A stretch of 64,000 nt of DNA from contig NC_042997.1 in the NCBI RefSeq assembly GCF_006345805.1, forward strand, positions 155,372,001 through 155,436,000, written 5' to 3'. A program made the position numbers and the translations under genes. This document shows positions 25,826 to 38,792 of the stretch, piece by piece. Below the pieces are notes generated by a model that was not told where the DNA came from, searched no databases, and saw nothing but the letters and a program-made list of their open reading frames with translations. The stretch comes from Octopus sinensis (taxonomy: Eukaryota). Position 1 is the stretch's first letter; every line of letters begins with the position of its first letter.

Positions 25826-27309
25826 TGAATTGGATTGTCTTGCAATTAGAAGGGCACAAAGACAATCACTGTGCATAAATGCATGCTCCACCTCACACAT
25901 CAGCATCAAGCATCACTTTAATGTTCACTTTTCCAAGTTCTCATGAATCAGGCAGAGTTTACTGAGGCCAGTTTTCTATGGCCAGATGCCCTTCCTGTCA
26001 CCAACCCTTACTTTTTTCCATGCAAGGTAATATTTCTCCTAGGCCAGATATGTTTCTACAGAATATTGGAAATGAACAACACTGCTTGTATGACAGTGGC
26101 ACTCGTTTACAACTATCATGCAATGTCAAGACAAGGAGACACAAACATACACACACATATACATATGTGTGTACAACATATGTATATACATATAAATATG
26201 TGTGTACACATATACATATGTGTGTACAACAGACCTCTTTCAGTTTTATCTTTGTATTTTTTTTTTAATAGGAATGCTTTGAGAGTGTTTGTGGACCGAT
26301 GAGTGAATTTAATGTTGCTCAAAGGGGTACGGAACCATCATGATGCAGCAGGGGTAAACCAGATTATGCTTTTGGGCCCTGCTGCTGATACAATTACTTT
26401 TCCAATTACTGAGTTTTGTTCTTGTGGAATTATTCTCCTAGTACTAACTATCAAGCAGAATTAGTTATCTCTCTAGTTATTCATTTGATTCTATCTATTT
26501 AGTATCTGCAACACTATGAAAATATCCATTATTCACAGAGCAGAATAAGTTAGTGTACAGTGGTGAGGGACAAGAAACCTGGTATTCTGAGTACTCTGTG
26601 AATATCTTATACTTATTTTTCCCACATAGAGATTATCACTAGCTTCTTCAGATTCTGTTTGCTTTGATGTCTCCTAGAAGTGGGTCTTTGCAGTGAAGTT
26701 CAAACCTGAGGTTGTACTGGGAACATCTATCTGTTATATTCACAATAAAAAACAAAATTCACTTAGATGAATAAAACCTTAAAACATCCTATTCTTTTTC
26801 TCCCTATTATATACAAACTTATTAAAACCTTTAAATTTTACTATAGCTAGTTATTAGAAAGAGAGATTTCAAAGGAATAAGTGTCTGTCATATGAATTTC
26901 ATTAGCTTACAGTTGTTTCTGCTATAAGATGCAGCGGACTCTTAGTTGAGTGCCTGTATAACACCTTATAACGTCACCAGAGCCTCGACTATAAGATAAA
27001 TCATTTATTGCCCTGTCATCTCTCTTTCTTATTACTGCTATTTACTCAGCCAACACTTCGTTCTGAAACATATGTATATTGAGTTCTACACAGGGTTATT
27101 GATCTTGCAATACCCAAGCATAATATTAGCTAATCATATTTGTAAACTGAAGCTAATCAATGTGTGATAAATTGGCAGAAGAGATAATTTTGTTTCATTG
27201 TAAACTAATTAAAAATACACACACACAGTAAGATTAAATTATAACACTAAAATATCACATTTATGTATTCATTTTGCAAGATTCTTGATGTGAAATCGTA
27301 TGTTGAAAC

Positions 27310-28067
27310 AGATATTGTTGTATTTGGGGTGGTCATGATGCCAATTTAACCAATGAAAGCACACACACACACTATTTATTTAGTGTTCATTTGCTTCTGC
27401 TTATTTCATATTAGTTATATTTCAGTCAAAGTTCTTTCATCACACTTCTGTGACCTCATCAGTGGTCCTTTGCTTTCTTCTTTCTTTTTTGTGTCTCTCC
27501 TTCCTGCATTATCAGTATCCCCTGTTTATTCACATTTATTTTATTTTATTTATTTGTTTTTATCTACTTACTCATTCATTTTTTTGTATTAATTTATTAT
27601 ATTTTGTTTGTATTTAATTATTTAATTCCATTTATTTATTTATTTATAAATAGATAAATAAATAAATGGAATTAAATAATTAAATACATAAACAAAATAT
27701 AATAAATTAATAAAAAAAATGCACAAGTAGATAAAAACAAATAAATAAAATAAAATAAACATGAATAAACCAGGGATACTGATAATGCAGGTACCATACT
27801 CATTCCCATACACACACACAGGGATATACGTATGTGCAAATAAAGACTCATACAACAGGAATACAAAATAGCAGATCGTTAGGAAGGAGAGACACAAAGA
27901 AGAAAGCAAAGGACCACTGATGAGGTCACAGAAGAGTGATGAAAGAACTTTGGCTGACATATAATTAATATGAAATAAAGCTAAAGCAAGCAAACACCAA
28001 ATAGATAGTGTGTGTGTTTTCATAGGCTAAATTGGTGACATGACCATCCCCAAATACAACAATATCT
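27310..28067. repeat. 758-bp foldback (long inverted repeat) in the last PECR intron
   Basis: 27310-27640 is the diverged reverse complement of 27660-28067 (AGATATTGTTGTATTTGGGG...CCCCAAATACAACAATATCT). The right arm has an extra ~95 bp near 27785-27880. Mirror ORFs 27353..27592(+) and 27640..28023(-). Confidence 0.92.
27914..27953 (+). ncRNA. Hammerhead-like motif in the right arm of the foldback (mirror copy on the minus strand at ~27426-27465)
   Basis: CCA-CUGAUGA-G-GUCAC(AGAAGA)GUGAU-GAAA-G(AA)C-U-U-UGG: intact core, 5-bp stem II with one G-U pair, 3-bp stem I. Confidence 0.5.
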
Positions 28068-28113
28068 AAAATATCGTTTTTTAAACTAATGCTTTTTACT
28101 TTCTTGTTTGAAG

Positions 28114-28193
28114 ATCATAAAAATTGGCCAGAATATTCCTGTGGTTCTGAAGCAGACACTGATGAAGACAGTTCCCCCAAAAGCAAATTATAA
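28114..28193 (+). CDS. PECR: PECR last coding exon, (D)HKNWPEYSCGSEADTDEDSSPKSKL*
   Basis: AAG acceptor after a pyrimidine tract; phase 1 fits the previous exon. DH.NWP as in PECR; ends in canonical PTS1 SKL, then TAA at 28191-93. Confidence 0.94.
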
Positions 28194-28840
28194 TAATGTG
28201 CTGAAGAAAATGGAAGAATACATAAAAGTGATTTATTTTTTAATATAAGATATTGAACCAACAAATTATTGCACTTAATTAAAATAATGCAAATATAATT
28301 GTTATATTTATATCTATTTTGCCATATTTAGAATAGCTTTTTGAAATGAAAAGGGGCTAAAGATTTTAATCATTTAAGATTATAAGTCAACTAAGAAGAC
28401 TGAAGCAAGGGAGGCTCAGAAACTAAATGTGAGAATGCAGTCTACAGGAGAATTTTAAAAGATTTAATAGCAATGTAGAAGCATGTGTTTTCAGTCAGCT
28501 TGCAAGACATGGAAGGAGACATTGGATTTATGTAGTCCCTAATGTACTTAGACAAGATAGTCATGACTTTTTTTGATCATAGTCAGTATGGATCTGGGGT
28601 GAAACAGCCTCACTTTAAAATTATTTTACGTCACCTTACTGTACACTGGATTAAGTGAAGCCAGTGCTTTGCAGAAGAGGTCTAATAAGAACAAAACATA
28701 TCCAGAGTGATCTCTCTTGTTTGTTGAATTGATTAAAATATCCCCTCTAGATTGTAGACTGATGTTGTCTCTTCTTTTTCTACATTAAATATGTTAACAC
28801 TTACTTGACTAATATCATTGTCAAATAATCAGGTTGCTGA

Positions 28841-28846
28841 AATAAA
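28841..28846 (+). promoter_or_regulatory. Candidate PECR polyadenylation signal AATAAA
   Basis: AATAAA about 650 nt after the stop codon; such motifs are frequent in AT-rich DNA. Confidence 0.25.
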
Positions 28847-29827
28847 AGTACTTTGAAGGTATTGGTACCTCTTTTGTCATGCCATATAATTGTTTTCAGT
28901 GGATTTATACAGGTATTCCCCACATTTCAGCTACCTCAGGTTGAGATTTTATACTTATGAAGATTGTAAAATATAACCACTAACTTTAGTATATGGACTG
29001 TGATTTAGCCTAACAAAATTCAGATAAATTTTCAGAATTTTTCTGAAGTTTCAGCTCTGAGCTGAAACGTATTAAAAAAAAAAAGAATTTAAAACCTACA
29101 TACAATATCCTTGTTAGCCAAAAGACCACTTCTCAGTGATTTTGTTAAGATCAAAGAAGTTATCAATTTGAGAAACTATAATCATGATACACACGCACAT
29201 GTATGTATGTGTGTGTGTATGGCACAATAAACCCTTTCATAGTGTAATATGAAATTTCTTATTGTATTTGTGTATGGTTTTGAGGGGTTAGTATCTGTTT
29301 AGTTATATATATAGAGAGCTATAAATAAAAATCAACCTTCACCATCAACACCAACACCATTGGCATCAAACCAAAACCAATACAACCATCATTATCAACA
29401 CACCTACTCCTTAATGACCAACACCCACAAGATTACGAAATCCATCTAAAATAAATCACAATGGCATGAGATAATGTGGTATCTGAGTGTATTTTAAATG
29501 TTGAAGGGAATGTTTTTGATCTTAGGTCAATGAGGATTGACTTGTGGCTAAACAATGACATCAATGCAATTATCAAGAATAAATGATCGATGCCAGTCCC
29601 TATTATCACAGTCACCAACGCCAAAACAGCCAATGTTCCCCACATCTTCCTCTCTACCAACTTTTGAATAAGCAACTAGTAACAACAATAGTATCCACAT
29701 GATAGTATCTGTAGCTGTATATGATGCATGTCAATACAACAGTGTGTGGTGTGTATGAGTGTACAGTTATATGGTTCAAAGGGCAAAGTGTCTATAAACA
29801 TGGTAGCCCTTCAACTAAATGTAATCA

Positions 29828-30212
29828 TACAGGAGTGGATGTGTGGTAAGTAGCTTACTTACCAACCACATGGTTCTGGGTTCAGTCCCACTGCATGGCA
29901 CCTTGGGCAAGTGTCTTCTACTATAGCCTTGGGCCGACCAAAGCCTTGTGAGTGGATTTGGTAGATGGAAACTGAAAGAAGCCCGTCATATATATATATG
30001 TGTGTGTGTGTCTGTATTTGTCCCTCCAACAACGCTTGACAACTGATGCTGGTGTGTTTACATCCCCATAACTTAGGAGTTCGGCAAAAGAGACCGATAG
30101 AATAAGTACTAGGCTTACAAAGAATAAGTCCTGGGGTCGATTTGCTCAACTAAAGACGGTGTTCCAGCATGGTCACAGTCAAATGACTGAAACAAGTAAA
30201 AGAGTAAAGAGA
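29828..30212 (+). mobile_element. SINE family A
   Basis: Full-length match to 15205-15592. Confidence 0.85.
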
Positions 30213-30419
30213 GTACTTTCTTCCACCTCACTCCTTCACCCTCTCATCAAATTTCCACTCTTACGTCCATAATAAGACACTAACTTTGTACTCTCACAAA
30301 ATAGTTCTTTTGTGGTGTTATTTTTTGTTTTTATAATACATATTTGTTGTAGATAATTGTTGATTGTCACTGTTTGATTTATGGAAAGAACCCATGAACT
30401 TACAAAAGAACCCATCAAG

Positions 30420-31640
30420 TGAAATTGGAAGCAGTGGCACGAAAAGGAACCGTAGTAGGATTACATTGAATATTAATTTTGATATGTTAAAAGGGCTTGC
30501 TGCAAGAGAAAATAATTAGCCACGTTGCCGAATCATAATAGCTTGCAATGTCTAAAGCGAGACCAATACATGCCATTAGAGAGAAAATTAAGTCAAGTGC
30601 TCAAGAAGCTACTCTGTTAACTGCTCAGACCTTATCTTTATATAGATCTATTGTGATGCTTAAAGTGTGACAGATCTTGAGAGTATTAATAAAGAGTCAG
30701 ACTCCATGTGCTGATAAGCATGATGAAAATTTAAAAAGAAAAAAGCCAAAAAGTTTGTGTGACAATTTGTAAAAAAATAAAAAAGAAAGTGAAAGTTTTA
30801 AAAATCTTTTCTGCCTTGTAAAGGATGGTTTGATAGGTCTAAGAAGAATTTGAATTTACACAACTTAAAAATGACTGCTGAAGCTGCTAGTGCTGACACA
30901 GGGGTTACTGCTAATTATCCTCAGCAGCTGGAAAAAAAAACAAAAAAAAACTGCAGCACAAGTATAGAATGCTGATGAACCTGCACTTTTTTGAAAGGTC
31001 ATGCCTGCTAGAATTTATATTTAAGAAAGAAAGAACAACGCTAGGATTTAGAACCTCTAAAAATCATCTGGCGTTTCTTCTGGGAGAAAAAGCTGTTGGC
31101 GATTCTAACTTAGAGCCCTTACAGATGTACATGAAAATCCAAGGTCCTTTAAGAGTTATGCAAAGTTTAACATAACTGATTTGGCATTCAAATAAGACTT
31201 GGAGAACTAGGAATCTTTTCAAAGAGTAGTTTACAAACATTTTTGACATGATGTAGAAAGGCACAGTGCCAGATACAAAGCATCACTCCTATTAGGTAAC
31301 ACACCAATCCATTCAGTAAACCTAAATGAACTTTCTGATAGTGTGGGAATAGAATATATCCCCAAGAATATCTCTTTCTTACTCCAGTTAATGAATCTAG
31401 GTATGATAGCTAACTTCAAGATATATTACCAGAGAACTTTCAAACAACTGACAGGAAAGATAAATCTACAGTTAGAGACTTCCTAAAGAATTTTCACACA
31501 ATGGATACTGTGGATAACATAGCTGAGTCATGGGATGAAGTGAAACCTTCGATTTTAAATGCTACTTGGAAAAAATATATAGCCAGACTGTATCCATGAT
31601 TTCACAATTCAACACTTGCAAATGATGTAAATGTTTGAAG
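30420..31640 (+). mobile_element. Decayed pogo/Tigger-like transposase
   Basis: Broken frames give EAASADT..ANYPQQL, NADEPALF*KVMPAR and KE.TTLGFRTSKNHLAFLLG, matching the Tigger GE.ASAD...NADETGLFWK...GFK..KDRLTLLLG pattern. Confidence 0.75.
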
Positions 31641-31679
31641 AAATCAGAGCTGCATGCGTCTCAGAGAATTTATCTAAAT

Positions 31680-31955
31680 CTCTCTCTATATAAAGCTGAA
31701 GTTGTCTGTGTATGGCAGGTTTGGTAGCCTTCAACTAACACTATCTCCTATGAGACCCTGTGGTGCAAGTTGACCAAAATTGAGAGTATGATAGAAGGCT
31801 TGCTCTTCCTTCTGTAGAAGGAAAAATTCAAATCAGACCATGTTAACACCAAAACTTATTTACATCAAAAAGGTGCTTTTTTTCTGTGAAAATCCCTATT
31901 TTTTACGATTTTTTTACTGCTCTGTCGCCATTTTTTGGTGTATTTCAACCAGAAA
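31680..31955 (-). mobile_element. Partial copy of the 21519-21968 element
   Basis: Reverse-complement match (AAAGCTGAAGTTGTCTG...GGTAGCCTTCAACTAACACTATCTCC...). Confidence 0.7.
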
Positions 31956-32329
31956 GCTTCTTTTGCTGTAAGAATATATCCTATTAATATCTTTTCCTTA
32001 TTTAACACTTTAGCATTTAAACTGACCATATCCTACCAAAATATGCTTTTATGTTTAAACTGCCAATATCTAAAAATTAGCAGTTACCTTATAAATATTT
32101 CAAAGCTATAAAATAATGCATGGTTAATTCAAAACATTGTGAATAAACAAGTATTAGATTTGATAGAATAATCTGAATGCTAAAGGGTTATGTTAATGGA
32201 CTACAGCCATGATGAGACACCATCTCAAAGGGTTTAGCCAAACAAGTCAATCCCAGTTCTTCCATTCCCAAGGTTTTGATTGATTTGAGGCGGGCTAACC
32301 ATAAATCCCTTCAGGTAGATGGCTCTGCT

Positions 32330-33735
32330 TGATCTGTAGGAAAGGCATAAGTGGAAACTCCAAAAGATGTACTCGGTGTAAGCTATGGATACATAAGAGG
32401 TGCAGCAATATCAAATAAAGGCTAATTGGGAAGATAGATTTTGTGTAACAAATGCTCAGGGGTATTGAACACTGAAAATGTACAGGAAATAGCCTACATC
32501 ACATTCCAGAGGGGAAAACTAGAAGTAGTTGATAGCTTCTGTTACCTCGATGATCAAGTCAGTAGCAGGGGCTGTTGCTCTGAGAGTGTAGCTGCTAGAA
32601 TAAGAATAGCCTGGGCAAAGTTCAGAGAGCTCCTACCTCTGCTGGTCTCAAAGGACCTCTCTCTCACAGTAAAAGGTAGACTATGTGGCATGTGCGCAGG
32701 AGTGGCTGTGTGGTAAGTAGCTTGCTTACCAACCACATGGTTCCGGATTCAGTCCCACTGCATGGCACTCTGGGCAAGTGTCTTCCACTATAGCCTCAGG
32801 CTGATCAAAGCCTTGTGAGTGGATTTGGTAGGCAGAAACTGAAAGAAGCCTGTTGTGTGTGTATATATATATATATATATATAAAAATGTGTGTGTGTAT
32901 TTGCGTTTGTTCCTCCAACATCGCTTGACAACCGATGCTGGTGTGTTTACATCCTTGTAACTTAGCGGTTCAGCAAAAGAGACAGATAGAATAAGTATTA
33001 GGCTTACTAAAAATAAATCTTGGGGGTGATTTGACTAACGGCAGTGCTGCAGCATGGCCACAGTCAAATGACTGAAACAAGTAAAAAAAAAATCCATGCT
33101 ACATGACAGTGAAACATGGGCCGTGACTGCTGAGGACATGCGTAAGCTTGCAAGGAATGAAGCCAGTATGCTCTGCTGGATGTGTAATGTCAGTGTGCCT
33201 TGAAAGAAAAGTTGGACATAAGAAGCATCAGATGTGGTGTGCAAGAGAGACGACTGCGCTGGTATAATCATGTGTTGCATATGGATGAAGACAGCTGGGT
33301 GAAAAAGTGTCACACCCTAGCAGTAGAGGTAACCTGTGGAAGAAGTAGACCCAAGAAGACCTGGGATGAGGTGGTGAAGCACGACCTTTGAATGTTGGCC
33401 TCACCAAGGCGATGACAAATGACAGACCTTTAGAGAGATGCTGTGCTTGAGAAGACCCGGCAAGCCAAGTGAGACTGTAACCATAGCCTATGCCAGTACA
33501 GCATAATCAGCCCATTTAAGAGCACCCTTCAATCATTGGGCAATATATTGCACTTGCGAAGACCTGTTGAGGCAAGTGAAGTCATTGTCGCGGCTGATGA
33601 CAGTGCCAATCAGATTGGCACTTGTATTAGTGGCACATAAAAAGTACCATTCGAGTGTGGTTGTTACTAGTGCTGCATAACTGGCCCTCGTGCTGGTGGT
33701 ATGTAAAAAGCACCCACTACACTCTTGGAGTGTTG
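32330..33735 (+). mobile_element. RTE-clade LINE 3' fragment with a nested SINE
   Basis: LEVVDSFCYL...RIRIAWAKFRELLPLL, then after the SINE MLHDSETW and ERRLRWYNHV...GRSRPKKTWDEVVKHDL, followed by the 3' UTR. Confidence 0.9.
32694..33085 (+). mobile_element. SINE family A nested in an RTE LINE
   Basis: Interrupts the RTE reading frame between GRL and MLHDSETW. Confidence 0.85.
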
Positions 33736-35334
33736 GCTAGAAATCACATTGGTTGCTTGACCTACTAGAAGCAGCAGCTAAATTTTTATTACAGGCTGAT
33801 TACCTTTTGATGCAAATTAACCAATTTAGTTATAGTGAAAATTGTTAATGTTACTTGGAAAGAAGACAAAACAAAATATGAACTTATCTTTTTTATTAAA
33901 AAATACATAATTTATTATATAAAAAAAGTTGTAATTTGAAGTAATATTTTACATTTCACTGAAAAAACAAACATAAAAGTTGCCATCATTAAGTTTGTCC
34001 TTTGAAAATAAAAAAATCATGTAAAAATATATATATATACATATATAAAATGAATATTTTTGCTGGTTTTAGGCTAGTTCACATGGAATGTTAATATTTT
34101 CAAAATAAGAATCATAATAATTATGAGAAACTAAGAAATCTTATTCTGACATCAGATAATCAATAAATTTGGGAGGGCCATTAAAAAATTTTTTTTCTCT
34201 TTTAAGAATATTTATTCTTATGGAATTAATCCCCCACCCCATGATAATCCACCCTTCTAAAAATGAAATATATTTCATGAATGATGAATTGTTAAATTGT
34301 TAAGCAGGGCTATACAAGACTACACAGTTTTAGGGAGAGATTCAGTCAGTTATATTGACTACTGTTCTTTTCTGGTAATTTATTTAATCAATTCTGGACA
34401 AATGAAAGACAAAGTTAATTCTAGTGGAATTTGAACTCAGAACATATACAGACAACTAAATACCGCAAGGCAGCATCTTATCCTCCATTTTAATTGATTC
34501 TGCTAATCCACAACTCTTGAGATTTAATGAAAAAATTTTTTATTTTTATTTTTATATCGTATCTTCTACAGAAATATGCTAATATTTTTGTAGTATTTTT
34601 TACATCATTTTAATGAATATACTTAAACTGTTGCTTTAAGAACACTTTTAGATTGTTAGAGATGTAGTAAAAAACATGTAGTTCCAGCACAGCTGGAATT
34701 TGGATTTACTATTTATATATACAAAATGTTAATTTTAATTATTTACAGGACAAATAATAACAATAATGTTGACTTCTTTTAATGTCATTTCTTCCATTTT
34801 GTAAATAAAATAAATACAAAGAATGATCACATCATGTTTGTAGTTATATTTTTTCTACAAACTAAGAAATGAATTTAAAAAAAAAAAAATTTGTGTAAAA
34901 ACACATACCATGAATAAAAAATTTCATTTTTCACACTACATCTAATTTCATCTTTATGAACTGATAATGTGAAAGGATATAAAAGATTTCCACTTTACCA
35001 GATGTAAAATATACAACTCTCACAACTTATAAGTTAATGCAGAGGTAATACTTTAAAAAAAGAAATAGAAATTTCTTGATTAAATTAAAAGTGATATATA
35101 ACGCTTTAACATGTCTTCAGCCCCTTGCAGAGAATATTGAATATATTCCAATAAAGAAGTAAATTTTTGTAATGCGATTCAAGAGCTTATTTCATCCCTT
35201 TCTTTAAAATCCGACAGAAGTTTGCTCGAAATTTCTGAAGATATTTTTTTTCCTTGTGATTTCAAGGATTATTTACAAAAGATAAATAAATAAATAAATA
35301 AATGAGTTTTTATATATTTGGCAATATAACTGTA

Positions 35335-35485
35335 TCATGCTTCTTTCTCAGCGAGTTTTGTAAGTTCATGTATTTCTCTCCCCAACATTTTTGTGACATG
35401 CATTGCTTGTTTTACTTCATCACCGCCAATCTGTTGCAAGGCCACTTCTGCAGCTGTTCGAACATCGGCAATGACATCATTCCGC
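35335..35485 (-). CDS. TIR protein last exon (151 nt), (W)RNDVIADVRTAAEVALQQIGGDEVKQAMHVTKMLGREIHELTKLAEKEA*
   Basis: TTTTCAG acceptor, phase 2 fits, fourth HEAT motif, TGA stop. Total CDS 1293 nt = 430 aa plus stop. Confidence 0.92.
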
Positions 35486-36970
35486 CTGAAAATAAATAAA
35501 TAAAACCTTATAATTTTCAAAGCATTGAAACAATTTAAAATTTTTTATTGTTTCAGTCATTATATTGAGGTCATTCTAGGACACTATGTTGAAGAGTTTT
35601 AGTCAAACAAACCAATTCTACTACCACTTAAGCACTGACTGGCCTGGAAATATAGTAGATGTGCCCAAGGTGCTACACTGTAGGACTGAACCCACAATGT
35701 GGATGCAAAATGATCTCCTTAACCACACCCAATCCTGCACCTGAATTTTTTTTTTTTTTATCAAATTTGAACTAGGAAAACCAGAAATCAATAATGGCCT
35801 GATTTTGAAAAATTCAAGAGAAAAAGTTCACCAATTACTTTGCAACAGCTCTGTATAAGCATTGATTGAGAGGATAAAAAAAATTACCGGTGAACTAGGA
35901 GGCAGCAGAGAAATGAAGAATTATGATTACACCTAGCAAACATCAGAAATAAAAAATTCTGAACTCATGAAAATGAGTGTGCTGGTGGCACGTAAAAGAC
36001 ACCATTCGAGTGTGATCGTTACCAGCATCACCTTACTGGCACCTGTGCAAGTGGTATGTGTAAAAGATTCGAGTGAGGTCGTTGCCAGTACCACCTGACT
36101 GGCCCCGTGCCGGTGGCACGTAAAAGCACCCACTACACTCTCAGAGTGGTTGGCATTAGGAAGGGCATCCAGCTGTAGAAACTCTGCCAGATCAAGATTG
36201 AAGCCTGGTGCAGCCATCTGGCTTGCCAGCCCTCAGTCAAATCGTCCAACCCATGCTACCATGGAAAGCGGATGTTAAACAATGATGATGATGATGAATA
36301 AGTAGAGGCATGCTAAAAAGTTTGCCTTTCAACCATGTGGTTGCCAGTACAGTACAGCTCATTAGCACCTTGGGCAAGTGTCTTCTACTATAACCCCAGC
36401 CTTGTGAGTGGATCTGGTAGATGGAAAGCGAAAAGAAGTCTATAATGTAAATGTTATGTCTCCTTGCCTTCACATCATGCAAACAGTGTCTTCTGCGTTG
36501 AAAATATGTCTGTTCATAAGAAAATATTACCATACTTGGATACAGGGCATTTGGCTATAGAAAATCTATCTCAACAAATACCACCTGACCCATGCATACA
36601 TGGAAAAGTAGACATTAAAACGATGATGAATAGAGAAATGCTTTAGCACTAACATTAAATTACTTTATAATCAGTTTTCAGATAAAGCTAAAAGACATCT
36701 CAATTATAGAAGTAATAAAAATGTAGTTGAAATATTTACTCTTTTCAGTTTCTGTTTACCAAATCTCACAAGGGTTTACTTGGCCTGGGGTTACAGTAGA
36801 ATACACTTGCCCAAAGTGCCATGCTTCAGGACTGAACCCAAGGCCACATGATTGGGAAGCAAGCTTCTTAACCACAGAGCCTTGCTTACACAGTTTAAAA
36901 AGCTAAAAAATGTTTTTTTTTTAAATCAAGAAAACCAAGAATAGCAATTTGAATAAAATGTAAAAGTTAC

Positions 36971-37211
36971 CATAATTCTAATAGAGTTGGTACAGCTTTG
37001 TGTGCTTGTGAACGTCCAAGTGCCAAACATCCAGCTTCTCTCACTAAACGATCTTTGTCTTCGAGAACATCTATTAATGCTTGAATTGTTATATCATCAT
37101 TAGCACCAGTCTGGGCAAGACAAATGGCTGCAACAGTACGAACATTTGGTTCTTCATCGTTCGTTACTAAGTAGATTAAAGCATCAACAACTTCTCGGCT
37201 TTTGAATTTAC
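36971..37211 (-). CDS. TIR protein exon 8 (241 nt), HEAT/PBS repeats KFKSREVVDAL...DKDRLVREAGCLALGRSQAHKAVPTLLEL
   Basis: AAG acceptor and GTAACT donor. Repeated D..VR..A...L motifs; overlaps ORF 36967..37233. Confidence 0.93.
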
Positions 37212-38660
37212 CTTTAAAATAGAAGAAAAACAAACAAAATTTAAAACATAATCAGGGTTTAGAACAGATGAAATCAGGTGTAGTCGTTGGTAAACCGAAA
37301 TGCACCTATTCCTACCATCTTAAATAGAATAGAAACAATACCAAAATATCCTTAATTTTTAAATTAATGAATAGTTTTCTACAAATATCTTAACCCTAGA
37401 TCTTCATTACCAAACTTTTGGCATTTGTGTTGTATTTAGTCAATATCAAACAGTTTGGAATTAATCTAAGAGACTTTTAAATTTTAAATACATCTTGGCC
37501 TTCATTAGATCTGTACTAACTAGTTGATTTTTTTTATGCCTAATCAGTGAAGGAATGATAGTGTTTATGAACTTTGGCAGGGCACCCAAAACTGGTCATC
37601 CTCAAACTGGTGACCCAGTCTAAATTCTTTTTTTGTTTACTATCACCGGAGAGTTTTTATCTTTTGTCTCAGTAAAAGGAAAAAAAAAAAAAAGCAGCAG
37701 CTATGGCCTTTTTATGGGATCTAAAGGGAAAGGTGAGGATTAAATAGGAAGAAATCATGAATATAGAGGTCCTGCAGTAGGGAGCAGCACATCAAGAGAT
37801 AGTTATCCTTGACCAGAGATCAGGTCCAAATACTTGTGAAGTTTAACACCATCCAAGAACAATCCATCCATTGTTTTTGTCTAGCCACTTTCTCCTCTCA
37901 CAATCCAAGGCTACGGTTAAAAGCCCCTTCTTCAAGATGTCACATAATGGGAATGAATCCAAATCATATTATTGAAAAACCATGTCTGCAACCATGACAT
38001 ATAAGAATTTATCAGTTTGCAAGACATTACCCAAACATTTCTTCACAGCTGTGTTGTTATGGAGTGTGCTTTGTAACCATATGGTTTTGGGTTCTGTCTT
38101 GCTGCAAGGCACTTTAGGAAAAAGTGTCTTATAATATAATCTCAGGTTAACCAATGTCTTGTGAGTAAAATTGCTAAATAGATACTATATAGAAGCCTTT
38201 TGTATACATTGTATAGCTGTGTGTGTCTAAACATTTACTTTCTCTGTCTTTGCATGATGCTAGCTTAATAATTTCGACATGCCAAGACCAGAGGAAAAAA
38301 AAAAAAGTACCATAATTGAGTAAGAATTGGTGATAGGAATGGCATCTGGCCATAGTCTTGTTCTATCCATGCTAGCCATGGAAAGAATGGATGTAAAAAT
38401 GACAATTATACATTTTCCATGCAAGATGATCTTTAACACATCGATACATTCAACAATTATGAAGTAATCTTGTTTATAATCAGTGAATTGTACCTATTCA
38501 TGTGTTTTCTCGCTGCTAAGTGAACCAAACTGTTGAAAATGAAATGTCTTTAAGAAACTATAGCTATAAGACTCAATATGCTTTAGAAATATAAAGAAAT
38601 ATTAGTAAATCAGTTTGGTTTGCTGTAAAGGAGAGTAACCAAAGCAGAAAATTTACTTAC

Positions 38661-38792
38661 TAAGATTTTCAATGGCTTCTACGCGGACATGAGAATTTAT
38701 GTTAAATACTTCTTTCATAGCATAACTTTCCCGTGCCTGCTCTTCTATCCTTTGCCACAAAGATGAAACTATTCCATCCACAGTGCAAAATT
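38661..38792 (-). CDS. TIR protein exon 7 (132 nt), (E)FCTVDGIVSSLWQRIEEQARESYAMKEVFNINSHVRVEAIENL
   Basis: CAG acceptor and GTAAGT donor, phases 1/1. The first HEAT motif begins here (NSHVRVEAI). Confidence 0.9.

Noticed and set aside
29030-29072. Adjacent hairpins TTCAGAA..TTCTGAA and GTTTCAGCTC-T-GAGCTGAAAC
   Set aside because: No CUGANGA core; short isolated palindromes without supporting context.
35335-37211. Similarity of the HEAT tail to RIPOR/FAM65 C-termini (VR.AGCLALG)
   Set aside because: Generic HEAT similarity; no RIPOR N-terminal domain is present and the N-terminus is a TIR domain, so no symbol was assigned.
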